A DNA stretch of 51,142 nucleotides from Deltaproteobacteria bacterium (GTDB taxonomy: Bacteria; Myxococcota; JACRCW01; JAFGSX01): positions 1-51,142 of the forward strand of contig JAFGSX010000259.1 of NCBI GenBank assembly GCA_016934455.1, written 5' to 3'. A program made the position numbers and the translations under genes. The notes under the pieces are model-generated. The model worked only from the letters and a program-made list of their open reading frames with translations. It made no database searches and was not told where the DNA came from. Below are positions 33,681 to 43,963 of the stretch, piece after piece. Numbering within the stretch: position 1 is the stretch's first letter; the number at the start of each line of letters is the position of its first letter.

Positions 33681-33733
33681 TCCCGGCAGCGAACCGGTTG
33701 TGGCATCGGTGCAGACCACATAGAGTCCTGCCC

Positions 33734-35089
<1,356 letters not shown>

Positions 35090-35461
35090 TCACGGCTCGC
35101 GCCGCAGCAGCGCCTCGACGCTGGTGCGAAAGGACTTGACGGTCTGCAGATAGCCGGCGTCGTCGACGCCCAGGTAATCGTGGACGCTGAGGTTGCGGTC
35201 CTCGAGAAAGCCCAGCCACGCCTCCGCGTCGTCGAGCAGGCCCATGCGGGCGGCGGTCTTGATGGCGTCGCGCGGGCTATGCGCCTCGAGGCCGTGCTCG
35301 GTGGCCACCGCCTTGAGGTACTTCCAGGCGTACTCGAAGCAGATCTCGAAGCTCTTGGCGATGCCGGCGGCATAGAAGGGATCGCTCTTGGCCTTCTTGG
35401 CAAAGGCCAGGGCATGCGCCAGGGCCAGGCTCGCCTCGGCCAGCCTACTCTTGTCGGCCAC
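35090..35461 (-). CDS. HEPN-domain protein (HI0074-like nucleotidyltransferase substrate-binding protein; putative toxin)
   Basis: A 123-aa ORF with the R-x4-H motif in EDRNLSVHDY. It overlaps the upstream MNT gene by 17 nt. Confidence 0.8.
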   Translation of the reverse strand: MADKSRLAEASLALAHALAFAKKAKSDPFYAAGIAKSFEICFEYAWKYLKAVATEHGLEAHSPRDAIKTAARMGLLDDAEAWLGFLEDRNLSVHDYLGVDDAGYLQTVKSFRTSVEALLRREP

Positions 35462-36008
35462 GACTCACCTCTGCCTGCAGCCGCAGCCAGTCGCCCTGTC
35501 GGCCGGCCAGGAATAACCAGCTCCGGGAGATCTGGCGCAGGAAACCGGCCGGGGCGCGGTTGAGGTTGACCAGGTCGACCGCCACCGGCAGCGCCTCGGC
35601 CGCCTCGGCCACCAGCACGCGCATCGCGCGGTACTGTCCGTGGTCAAGCCCGTCCCGGCGGTAGACGCCGATGTCCCAGTCCGCGTAGCGGCCGGCCGTG
35701 CGCCGCGCGCGCGAGCCGAACAGCACCAGAGCGGCTTCGGGGAAACGCTCGTGCAGGCGGTCCACCAGCGGCGCGATCTGCTCCAGACCGCGCGCCGGGT
35801 CCGGATCGACGCGCACGATCGCCTGCTCGATCGGAAGCCCGAGCTGATCGAGCAGGCGCTCGAGCTTGGCGGGCAGCACCGGCTTGCCCGAGAGGTAGTA
35901 GTGGACCGTGTTGCGGTGCAGGCCGGCGGCCGTCGCCAGCTCCTGCAGCGAGCGATAGCCGCGCTCTTTGGCCGCCCGGCGGACGGCGCTGGGGTCCACT
36001 ATATGCAC
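35445..36008 (-). CDS. HTH-fused minimal nucleotidyltransferase (MNT; putative antitoxin)
   Basis: YRSLQELATAAGLHRNTVHYYLSG is an HTH. LVLFGSRARRTAGRYADWDIGVY is the GS..DxD NTase motif. The track start TTG 36032 falls inside the predicted promoter, so GTG 36008 or 35999 is more likely. Confidence 0.75.
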   Translation of the reverse strand: MHIVDPSAVRRAAKERGYRSLQELATAAGLHRNTVHYYLSGKPVLPAKLERLLDQLGLPIEQAIVRVDPDPARGLEQIAPLVDRLHERFPEAALVLFGSRARRTAGRYADWDIGVYRRDGLDHGQYRAMRVLVAEAAEALPVAVDLVNLNRAPAGFLRQISRSWLFLAGRQGDWLRLQAEVSRGRQE

Positions 36009-36014
36009 AAAAAT

Positions 36015-36043
36015 ATTATGCAATGCATACAATTATTAGTCAA
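36015..36043 (-). promoter_or_regulatory. Near-consensus sigma70 promoter TTGACT-17-CATAAT, with the palindrome TATGCA-t-TGCATA (36017-36029) in the spacer and -10 region
   Basis: Read from the minus strand, within the only strongly AT-rich patch of this region. The palindrome arms are perfect 6-mers. Confidence 0.5.
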
Positions 36044-36118
36044 ATAGCTCGGCTGCGCACGAACTCGGAACGGCAGATCCTGGTCATGGCCCCTGCTCCT
36101 CGCTCCCCGGCCTCTACC

Positions 36119-37627
36119 TCACGGCACGATCACGATCGTCTCGTTGACGTCCAGCACGTTCCACAGCCGGTCGATGTGGGCGTTGTCGAGCGCCACGCAG
36201 CCCCAGGTCCAGTCGTAGTCGCCGGTGTCGTCGCCGCCGCCGTGCACCTCGATGTAGCTACCGAGTTCGGTGTCCTGCGGCGGCGCCGCGCAGCTCTGCT
36301 GTGCGCTCACGATCGCATCGTGCTGGCTCTGGTCGATCAGGCCGGCCTGCAGCCCGCGCGCGGCATCGGCCGCGTCCGGATAGCTGATCAAATACGCCTC
36401 GTAGTAGGACGAGACCCCCTGCGGTATCTTGGACGCCGCGTAGAACACGCCCTCGGGCGTCTTGTAGTCGCCCTCGCGCTCCTTGTCGCCGACCGGAGCG
36501 TAGGCGCTGAGGCCGACGCTGAAGTTGGCCACCAGGCTGCCGCAGTCGCACAGCGCCAGGTTGCGCGCGCTCTTGTGCACCACCGCGTAGTCGTCCGGCA
36601 CCAGGTCGCACGGCGACAGGCCAGCGGCCCAGGCCGCCGCGCAGTCGCCGGCGCCGACGCCCGGGTTCCACAGCGGGTGGTGCTCCTGGGCCGAGCCCGG
36701 CCAGCAGACGTCGAACTCCGGATCGCAGACGTAGCCTTCTCCGCTGCGGCAGTCGCCGGCGCCGCCGCAGTCCTCGAGGCAGGCGAAGATGCCGACGTCG
36801 AGCAGGTGAAAGCAGGTCGATCCGGTCGGGCAGCCGGCCAGGTCGCACATCTGCTTCGAGCAGTAACCGCCGGGCAGATCGAGGCAGGCCGAGTGGCCGC
36901 AGGCGGCGGGCGCGCCGCAGGCGGCTCCGATGTCGAAGGCGGGCGCGCTCTCGCCCGGCCACGCCTGGGTCGCCGACGGCAGGCAGACCGCCGCGATCCT
37001 CGACGGATCGCCGTAGCGCTGCCGCAGCACGCAGGTGTAACCGGGGCGGCAGCCGGTCGGCGACTTGTCGAAATGGCAGGTGGCGACACAGCGCGGATCG
37101 CCGCCGGCGTCGATGCAAAAAGACATCGTCTCGGCCGCGGCGATCGGCTGGTGGTCCGGGCACACCCAGGAGCTGCCTGGTTGCGTGCAGGACTGGGTAC
37201 ACAGGCCGCCCGAGAAGCCGGCGGTCTCGCAGATCGCGGTGCTGGTGTAGCCGTCGAGGCTGCATTCGCCCGCGCCGCTGCAGGCGCCGCCGATCCAGCC
37301 CGGGTTGAGCTCGACGCCCGGGTTGCCGGCGTCGGCGGGGGCGGATGCATCGACGGGATCCAGGCCGAGGTCGCGCGGGCCGCTGTCGACGGGCCGGGCG
37401 TCGCGGCCGACCGCGGTGTCGCGGCCGGTGGCGCGATCGCCGCCCCCGGCGTCGACGGCGCCCAGGTCGCCGCCGCCCAGATCGGCGCTCGCGGCGTCGA
37501 ACGCGGCATCGGGCAGGTCGACGCCGGCGTCCTCGTCCGCCGCCGGTGGCGCGTCGCAGGCCGCGACAGCCCACACCGCCAGCGCGGCGATCGGACCCAG
37601 CGCGCGCGATCTGCCTGCGAGCGGCAT
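36119..37627 (-). CDS. Cys-rich lipoprotein with a C-terminal L,D-transpeptidase-fold domain (YkuD/YafK-like)
   Basis: GAGG-N5-ATG at 37627. The signal is MPLAGRSRALGPIAALAVWAVAAC. Two Cys-rich modules follow (IGGACSGAGEC.. and IGAACGAPAAC..). The C-terminus reads ..GDKEREGDYKTPEGVFY..IEVHGGG..TWGCVALDNAHIDRLW. Confidence 0.8.
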   Translation of the reverse strand: MPLAGRSRALGPIAALAVWAVAACDAPPAADEDAGVDLPDAAFDAASADLGGGDLGAVDAGGGDRATGRDTAVGRDARPVDSGPRDLGLDPVDASAPADAGNPGVELNPGWIGGACSGAGECSLDGYTSTAICETAGFSGGLCTQSCTQPGSSWVCPDHQPIAAAETMSFCIDAGGDPRCVATCHFDKSPTGCRPGYTCVLRQRYGDPSRIAAVCLPSATQAWPGESAPAFDIGAACGAPAACGHSACLDLPGGYCSKQMCDLAGCPTGSTCFHLLDVGIFACLEDCGGAGDCRSGEGYVCDPEFDVCWPGSAQEHHPLWNPGVGAGDCAAAWAAGLSPCDLVPDDYAVVHKSARNLALCDCGSLVANFSVGLSAYAPVGDKEREGDYKTPEGVFYAASKIPQGVSSYYEAYLISYPDAADAARGLQAGLIDQSQHDAIVSAQQSCAAPPQDTELGSYIEVHGGGDDTGDYDWTWGCVALDNAHIDRLWNVLDVNETIVIVP

Positions 37628-37634
37628 CACCACC

Positions 37635-38264
37635 TCACTGCGACGCGCTGTCCGTCGTCGCCTGGCGCGCCTGCTCACCCTCGAGCGCGGCGCCGAGCAA
37701 CAGGCTGTCGAGCAGCCGCTTGGCGCTGTCGTCGAACTTGTTGCCGCCATCGAGGCGCGCGCGCACGGCGATCGCGAACAGGTAGGTGCCCGCATCGAGG
37801 TCGGCCAGAAGCTGGTCGGCCAGCACCATGCCCCCGGGCGGCGGACAGCTCCAGGTGATCGACGCCGCGGGCGCGGTCGGCACCGGCGCCGCGCAGGCCG
37901 GCGGCAACGCGTCGGCCGCGGCCGCTGCCAGAGCCGCCGCGCGGTCGTCGCGATCGAGCTCGCTGGCGATCCTGGCTGCCTCCCCCAGCGCGCCCAGCAC
38001 CTCCGGGCAGCTTGCGCCCAGGCCGGCGAGCGCCGGCCGAACGCGCCGGATCGGCGCGACGGACTCGACCGCGGGCAGCGCCGCCCTGAGCTGGTCGCCG
38101 CAGGTGGCGACACCGCCCTCGCCCGTCGGGTCGCCGCCGCCAGCGCTGCCGCCGCGGCCGCTCGCGGTCGTGGCGCAGCCGACGACGGACAGCCACGCGG
38201 CGAGCAGAGCGCTCGCCAGCGCTGCTGCGTTCACCGGCAACCGCCCTGTCGATCGTCCGTTCAT
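37635..38264 (-). CDS. Putative lipoprotein, function unknown
   Basis: A 209-aa ORF. LASALLAAWLSVVGC is a lipobox signal. The stop lies 7 nt before the next start. Confidence 0.6.
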   Translation of the reverse strand: MNGRSTGRLPVNAAALASALLAAWLSVVGCATTASGRGGSAGGGDPTGEGGVATCGDQLRAALPAVESVAPIRRVRPALAGLGASCPEVLGALGEAARIASELDRDDRAAALAAAAADALPPACAAPVPTAPAASITWSCPPPGGMVLADQLLADLDAGTYLFAIAVRARLDGGNKFDDSAKRLLDSLLLGAALEGEQARQATTDSASQ

Positions 38265-38291
38265 GATCGCGTCTTCGAGCCGCGAGCCCGC

Positions 38292-39827
38292 CTAGATCCA
38301 GTTGTTGGGAATCGTGCGCGGGTCCAGGTTCCACAGCCCGTTGAGCAACTGCAGCGTGCGCTGCGCGGCCGGGTCAGCGCTGCCGCTCTGATCCAGGTGG
38401 AGCCTGAAATTCTCGATCGCGCCGACCGCCTGCTGGCGCGACATGGTGCCAAAATCCGGCGGCGTCAGGCCGAGCGCCTGGTAGCCGGCCGCGATCTGCG
38501 ATCCGTACTCGCGCTGGAAGCGCGGCGCGATGTTGCTGGTGTAGAACAGCGTGCGGATGGTCTGGTCGCGGCGGCTCTCGAGCTCGCGCCGTTGCTCCCC
38601 GGTCACGGCCGAGCGCTGCAGCAGCGCCTGCACGTTGTTGTAGTACTCGCGCAACGGCCCGGTCTGCGAGTTCTCGACCACCCGCTCGCCGCTGAAGTAG
38701 GAGCGAAAGTTATAGGCGCCGTAGCTGACCGCGTCGCGCAGCTCGGACAGCGACTGGCTGCTCTGGTTGGCGTCACCCTCGGTCCAGGTGGCGATGTTCT
38801 CGGCCTTGCGGGTGCCCAGCGCCGTCAGCCGATCGACCGCGCCCGCGACGTTGCTACCGCTGCCGCGGGTTACCCGGTCCCAGGCCGCCTGGTGCGCGGT
38901 GGCGCCGCTTCCCGAGCCGGGCGCCGAGCCGCCGTAGGCCCAGATGGTGCGGACGTTGGGAAAGATCTCCCGGTACTTCTCGTTGTTGGCCTCGCCGCCC
39001 GAATAGCAGGCCGAGATGTTGAGATCCTCGACCGCGGCCGCGGCGCGCGGCATGGCATCGGCCAGCCCCTTGAGCGAGTCCCAGGTGAGCTGTCCGTTGC
39101 CGTCGCCCCACGGGCCGTCGCCCACGTTGTGGCCCGAGATGACCAGGCGCCCCGGGATGGTGCCGCCGCGCTCGGCCCGGGCCCAGACCTTGGCGATGCC
39201 GGCCAGCTCGTCGCGCGCGCCCTCGCCGCCGTTGCCGATCGCGTCCGCCACCCTGCCCGCCTGGTCGGCCGGCAACCCGAGCGTGCCGACAAAACCAGCG
39301 CGGCCCTCCGGTGTCTTGAGATCGTAGCTGCGGCCGCCGACCGCGATCTGGTCCTGGCCGAGGCGCGAATCGGTCACCGCCGTCACGCTGTTGCCGCGGC
39401 CGCGGAGCTGCGCGATCTCGTGCGGCGCGCCGGCGCTCTCCCGGGTCGGGTTGTTCATGCCGACGAACAGGATATCGTCCCGGTTGGATGTCCGCTGCGG
39501 CTGGGGCGCGCCGCCCTGCAGCTCGCGGTTCTGCATCAGCAGCCCGAGCGCGTTGACCGCCTTGCCGGCCTGGGTCGGCTGACCAGCGCGATCGGTCGCC
39601 ACCAGCGAATGGCGCGAGCCGTCGCGGTCGAAGTCGTCGGCCACGTTGAACGCCTCGTCGGCGTCGATCTTGCCGTCGCCGTTGCGGTCCGCCCGCTCGA
39701 GCTGTTGCACGGTCATGCCGCCCTGCTCGAGCTGGGTTCTGGCCGGCTGGTCTTGCCTTAGCTTCTGCAGATCGATGGACTGGCCTCGATGCTGGGTCGT
39801 GAACGTCGGGCGGTCGATCTTGGCCAT
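38292..39827 (-). CDS. EF-hand-containing protein with a caspase/CHAT-like His...Cys dyad context; no signal peptide
   Basis: AGGAG-N7-ATG at 39827 (MAKIDRP..). The EF-hand loop is DRNGDGKIDADE (aa 47-58). GRLVISGHNVG has His233 (39129-39131). EDLNISACYSGG has Cys274 (39006-39008). Confidence 0.7.
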   Translation of the reverse strand: MAKIDRPTFTTQHRGQSIDLQKLRQDQPARTQLEQGGMTVQQLERADRNGDGKIDADEAFNVADDFDRDGSRHSLVATDRAGQPTQAGKAVNALGLLMQNRELQGGAPQPQRTSNRDDILFVGMNNPTRESAGAPHEIAQLRGRGNSVTAVTDSRLGQDQIAVGGRSYDLKTPEGRAGFVGTLGLPADQAGRVADAIGNGGEGARDELAGIAKVWARAERGGTIPGRLVISGHNVGDGPWGDGNGQLTWDSLKGLADAMPRAAAAVEDLNISACYSGGEANNEKYREIFPNVRTIWAYGGSAPGSGSGATAHQAAWDRVTRGSGSNVAGAVDRLTALGTRKAENIATWTEGDANQSSQSLSELRDAVSYGAYNFRSYFSGERVVENSQTGPLREYYNNVQALLQRSAVTGEQRRELESRRDQTIRTLFYTSNIAPRFQREYGSQIAAGYQALGLTPPDFGTMSRQQAVGAIENFRLHLDQSGSADPAAQRTLQLLNGLWNLDPRTIPNNWI

Positions 39828-39841
39828 CGTCATTCTCCTGG

Positions 39842-39871
39842 CGCGCGGCGCACCTGTACCTCGGCCGCGCG
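39842..39871 (-). other. GC-rich hairpin (8-bp stem CGCGCGGC/GCCGCGCG, 14-nt loop) between the tdh stop and the next SD
   Basis: Read from the sequence. There is no U-tract, so its role as a terminator is uncertain. Confidence 0.3.
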
Positions 39872-39993
39872 ACACACGCGGGCCTTGATCATATATCTGG
39901 GCGGACGCGAATTTGTCGGATCGGTGAGCCGGATCACAAATGACCTGGTGCTGCCGGGGTGCAATTCGTTGCCTACGGCGCGGGGCGTGTCTC

Positions 39994-40968
39994 TTACAGC
40001 TTGCCCTCTTTGTGTTGCTGGCCAAGCTTTTTCAGCATGTCCTTGGTCATAGTCGCAAGGTCGTACGACGGCTTCCAGCCCCATTCCTCGCGCGCTGCAC
40101 TGTCGTCCAGGGAGCGCGGCCACGAATCGGCGATGGCCTGCCTGAAGTCCGGCTCATAGCTGCAGGTGAATGTGGGAATGTTCTTCTTGATCTCCGCCGC
40201 TAGTTCTCCCGCGCTGAAGCTCATGGCGCCGACATTGAAGTCCGAATGATGCTTGAGTCTCTCGAACGGCGCTTCCATCAGATCCATGGTCGCCTTGAGG
40301 CAGTCGGGCATGTACATCATGGGCAGCCGGGTGTCCTCGCGCACGAAACAGGTGTATTTGCCGTGCTTCACTGCATCGTAGAAAATGGCAACCGCATAGT
40401 CGGTCGTGCCGCCGCCCGGCAAGGTCTCGGAGCTGATAATGCCGGGGTAGCGAAGACCTCTGACGTCCAACCCGTACTTGCGCACATAATAGTCGCACAG
40501 AAGCTCACCGCACACCTTGGTCACACCGTACATAGTCGTTGGTTTCAAGACTGTCTCGTTGGGCGTGTTCTCCAGCGGGCAGCCCGGACCGAATACCGCG
40601 ATCGACGATGGAATAATGACCTGGGTCAGCTTTCGATCTCTGGCGATGTCGAGAACGGTCCGCATCCCGTTCATATTCACGTCCCAGGCGAGCTCCGGGT
40701 TCTTCTCTCCCACTGCCGAGAGAATGGCAGCCATGTGCACGATCGTGTCGATATCGTGTTTCTCGACCACCTCTTCGACCGCTGCCCGGTTTGTGACATT
40801 GATAAAATAGAAAGGGCCTGAATCGCGCAGGGCGGGGCTGGGTTCGGTCTTGCGGCCAGTGGCCACCACGTTGTCATTGCCGTATCTCTCGCGCAGGGCC
40901 ATGGTAAGCTCGGAGCCGATTTGGCCGACCGATCCAGTCACCAGGATTTTCGTTATCTTCTTGTTCAC
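39994..40968 (-). CDS. tdh: L-threonine 3-dehydrogenase, SDR/epimerase-type
   Basis: The GTG start gives VNKKITKILVTGSVGQIGSEL (Rossmann GxxGxxG). ..YGVTKVCGELL.. carries YxxxK. The size is about 324 aa. It is adjacent to kbl. Confidence 0.85.
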   Translation of the reverse strand: MNKKITKILVTGSVGQIGSELTMALRERYGNDNVVATGRKTEPSPALRDSGPFYFINVTNRAAVEEVVEKHDIDTIVHMAAILSAVGEKNPELAWDVNMNGMRTVLDIARDRKLTQVIIPSSIAVFGPGCPLENTPNETVLKPTTMYGVTKVCGELLCDYYVRKYGLDVRGLRYPGIISSETLPGGGTTDYAVAIFYDAVKHGKYTCFVREDTRLPMMYMPDCLKATMDLMEAPFERLKHHSDFNVGAMSFSAGELAAEIKKNIPTFTCSYEPDFRQAIADSWPRSLDDSAAREEWGWKPSYDLATMTKDMLKKLGQQHKEGKL

Positions 40969-41111
40969 ACGGCGCCCCTTCTTTGATTCGCGGCCTCGAG
41001 CAGCCCGAATTTTTTGGCAAAGTACACCTTGCCCGAGCCAGCGGCAACTGTTAGATTCCGCCGCCAAGAAACGACGAGAAGCCCGTCTTGAAGGCTTTGG
41101 GAGGCGTTTTC

Positions 41112-42299
41112 ATGTTCGACAGTTACCGCAGCGAAATTCAAAAAGAGCTGGACGGCATACGAGAGGCCGGCACCTACAAAGTTGAACGTGTCATCCAGTC
41201 CAAGCAAAGCGCGGCCATCAAGGTACCGGGCCAGGAGGTGATCAACTTTTGCGCCAATAACTATCTGGGCCTGGCCGACAATCCAGAGATCATCCAGGCG
41301 GCGAAGAAAGCCCTGGACGAGCGCGGTTTTGGAATGGCCTCGGTCCGCTTCATCTGCGGCACGCTCGATCTTCACAAGGAGCTGGAAAAGACCATCAGCG
41401 CGTTCAACGGCACCGACGACACGATCCTCTACTCGTCCTGCTTCGACGCCAACACCGGTCTGTTCGAGACCGTCCTCGGCGAGGGCGACGCCATCATCTC
41501 GGATCAGTTGAACCACGCTTCGGTCATCGACGGTGTCAGACTCTGCAAGGCCGAGCGATTCAAGTACGCGAACTCGGATATGAACGAGCTCGAAGAGATC
41601 TTGAAAAAGACCCAGAAGCATCGCCGGCGCCTGATCGCCACCGACGGCGTCTTCTCCATGGACGGATATCTGGTCAAGCTCGACAAGATCTGCCCGCTGG
41701 CCGAAAAATACAATGCGATGGTCATGGTGGACGACTCGCACGCCACCGGCTACATCGGCAAGACCGGCCGCGGCACGCCGGAGCATTGCGGCGTTCAAGG
41801 GCGGGTGGATGTCATCACCTCAACGCTGGGCAAGGCGCTCGGCGGCGCTTCCGGCGGCTATACGACCGGCCGCAAAGAGATCATCGACCTGCTGCGCCAG
41901 CGGTCCCGGCCGTACCTCTTCTCGAACACGCTGACGCCGTCGCTGGCGGCCGCTGCTACCAAGACCTTCGAGATTCTCTCCAAGAGCACTGCCCTGCGCG
42001 ACAAGCTCATGGACAACACCGCCTACTTCAGAAACAAGCTCGAGAAGCTGGGCTTCGACGTCCTCAAGGGGGAGACCGCGATCGTTCCGGTCATGCTCTA
42101 CGACGCCAAGCTGGCCACCGATTTCGCGAACGAGATGCTCAAAGAAGGCATCTATGTGATCGGTTTTTCCTATCCCGTGGTGCCCAAGGACAAGGCGCGA
42201 ATCCGGACTCAGATCTCGGCCGCCCACGACAAACACCACCTCGACCGGGCGGTCGACGCCTTCGCCAAGGTCGGCAAGAAGATGGGTGTGCTGAAGTGA
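41112..42299 (+). CDS. kbl: 2-amino-3-ketobutyrate CoA ligase (glycine C-acetyltransferase)
   Basis: GGGAGG-N8-[26 protein letters not shown].. Family segments: [26 protein letters not shown], and STLGKALGG (PLP Lys). Confidence 0.9.
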   Translation: MFDSYRSEIQKELDGIREAGTYKVERVIQSKQSAAIKVPGQEVINFCANNYLGLADNPEIIQAAKKALDERGFGMASVRFICGTLDLHKELEKTISAFNGTDDTILYSSCFDANTGLFETVLGEGDAIISDQLNHASVIDGVRLCKAERFKYANSDMNELEEILKKTQKHRRRLIATDGVFSMDGYLVKLDKICPLAEKYNAMVMVDDSHATGYIGKTGRGTPEHCGVQGRVDVITSTLGKALGGASGGYTTGRKEIIDLLRQRSRPYLFSNTLTPSLAAAATKTFEILSKSTALRDKLMDNTAYFRNKLEKLGFDVLKGETAIVPVMLYDAKLATDFANEMLKEGIYVIGFSYPVVPKDKARIRTQISAAHDKHHLDRAVDAFAKVGKKMGVLK

Positions 42300-42413
42300 T
42301 AGCGCGGTTGCCGGATCGATCCAGCTTCGACTCGATGATGACCGCCGCGCTGTCCTGATGGCCAGCGCCACCGCAAAAGTCAAACCGCCGCCCTAAGTGC
42401 TATACTCGCCAAC

Positions 42414-43961
42414 ATGACCGGCCGCTGGCGATCGCTCGCGTGGATGACTGCCCTGGCCGCTTCTGCCGGTTGCACCTGTGGCAGTACCTTCAGGACCACC
42501 TGCAGCAGCGACGACCAGTGCCCGACCGGATACCTGTGCCGCGCCGACCTCTGCCGGTTGGCCGGCGCCGACACCGACGCCGCGGCCGACGACGGATCGC
42601 AGCCCGACGCCGGGCCCGGCGATTGCGCGACCGCACGCGACGGCCAGGCGTCAGACCTGTCACGGCACGACGGCAACGCCGACGGCTCGCAACCGGACGC
42701 CGCGCTGCCGGACCGCGGTCCTGTCGACGGTGGAGCGAGCAACGATGCCGGACCGCTGGACACCGGGTCTCTCGAAACCGGCTACCTCGATCGCGGCCCG
42801 GCGCCGCCCTGCGGCACCACCTCTGTCTACCAGGACGACTTTACCGATGGCCTGCAGCCATATTGGCTGCGGCCCGAGCAGGAAGGGGCGCACCTGGCGA
42901 CAAGCTCGAGCGGGCTCCAGTTAACGACGCCGGCCGTCGTGCAAGATCCGGTCTATGCCTATGCCGGAGTGATGACGCCCTACCAGGTCGAGCTGCTGGC
43001 CGACGCGCTGACCGTCCACGTGACCGCAGCGGACATGCCAGACGGGAGCGAGGCCTTCGTGGAGCTCTGGCACGACGAGGAGAACACCATGCGTTTCATG
43101 GTGAACGCAGGGGTCCTCTATGCAGACATCGTGGGGCCGGGAAATCCGCCGTCACAGCGGATCGGGCCGCTCGCCAATTTCGTCCCCGGCTTCTGGCGCA
43201 TCCGCGAGCAAGGTGGATCGGTAGAGTTCCAGACGCGCGTCGGCGTCTCGGAGTGGCAGACGCACTGCACCACTGCCACCGCGCTGCACCTGACGCGCGG
43301 CCACATCTCGCTCGGGCTGGGGGCGTATTTCGCGAACAACACGCCGGCCACCATAACGTTCGGCAGCGTCAACCTGGACCGCCCGGCCACCACCTGGTGC
43401 CGGGCCAGCTCGTGGCAGGATGATTTTGATGACAGCAGCCTGCGGCCCGAGTGGGCCATCGCGCTATACCCCGACAACCACTGCTCTGTGACGCTGCAGG
43501 ACCAGAAGCTGCGTATATCTAATCTGGCGGGGGGGGGGAGCTACTGCGGCGTGCTGACCGGCAGCGCTTACAACTTGGTCGACGACAGCATCTCGATCGA
43601 GATGACAGAATACCCGACCGGCACCCTGGTCTTCCCGCTGCTGACGGTCCAGGGGGGCGGACTGACAATCAACTATGGCAAGTGGAACAGCTCGCTGGAC
43701 GTGCAGATCCGTGACCAGAGCGGGATCATCTGGGGCTGGCAACAGCCGTTCGCGGGCACCGAAAGGTGGCTGATCATCAGCCATTATGACGACGGCCTGA
43801 TCTCGTTCGAGTACCAGGCGCTCCAGGACGGCCCGCTGTTTCATTTTGCAGCCACCCAGACGTCGCTGCACCTCGACCAGGTCGCCATCGGCGTGGTGAG
43901 CTGGTGCGGCGACGGGTGCGACGCCAATGGCGCGCTGGTCGTCGACAATTACAATTTGTAG
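42414..43961 (+). CDS. Lipoprotein with two jelly-roll/LamG-like halves
   Basis: The signal is MTGRWRSLAWMTALAASAGC, followed by a D/A/G-rich linker. There is an internal duplication: each half opens with ..YQDDFTDGLQPYW.. or ..WQDDFDDSSLRPEW... TATACT lies exactly 7 nt before the ATG and there is no SD. Confidence 0.7.
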   Translation: MTGRWRSLAWMTALAASAGCTCGSTFRTTCSSDDQCPTGYLCRADLCRLAGADTDAAADDGSQPDAGPGDCATARDGQASDLSRHDGNADGSQPDAALPDRGPVDGGASNDAGPLDTGSLETGYLDRGPAPPCGTTSVYQDDFTDGLQPYWLRPEQEGAHLATSSSGLQLTTPAVVQDPVYAYAGVMTPYQVELLADALTVHVTAADMPDGSEAFVELWHDEENTMRFMVNAGVLYADIVGPGNPPSQRIGPLANFVPGFWRIREQGGSVEFQTRVGVSEWQTHCTTATALHLTRGHISLGLGAYFANNTPATITFGSVNLDRPATTWCRASSWQDDFDDSSLRPEWAIALYPDNHCSVTLQDQKLRISNLAGGGSYCGVLTGSAYNLVDDSISIEMTEYPTGTLVFPLLTVQGGGLTINYGKWNSSLDVQIRDQSGIIWGWQQPFAGTERWLIISHYDDGLISFEYQALQDGPLFHFAATQTSLHLDQVAIGVVSWCGDGCDANGALVVDNYNL

Positions 43962-43963
43962 TA

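Noticed and set aside
40969-41111. Sigma54-like TGGCA...TTGC strings in the tdh-kbl divergent intergenic region
   Set aside because: The GG-to-GC spacing is wrong: 3 nt too long on the plus strand and 2 nt too short on the minus strand.
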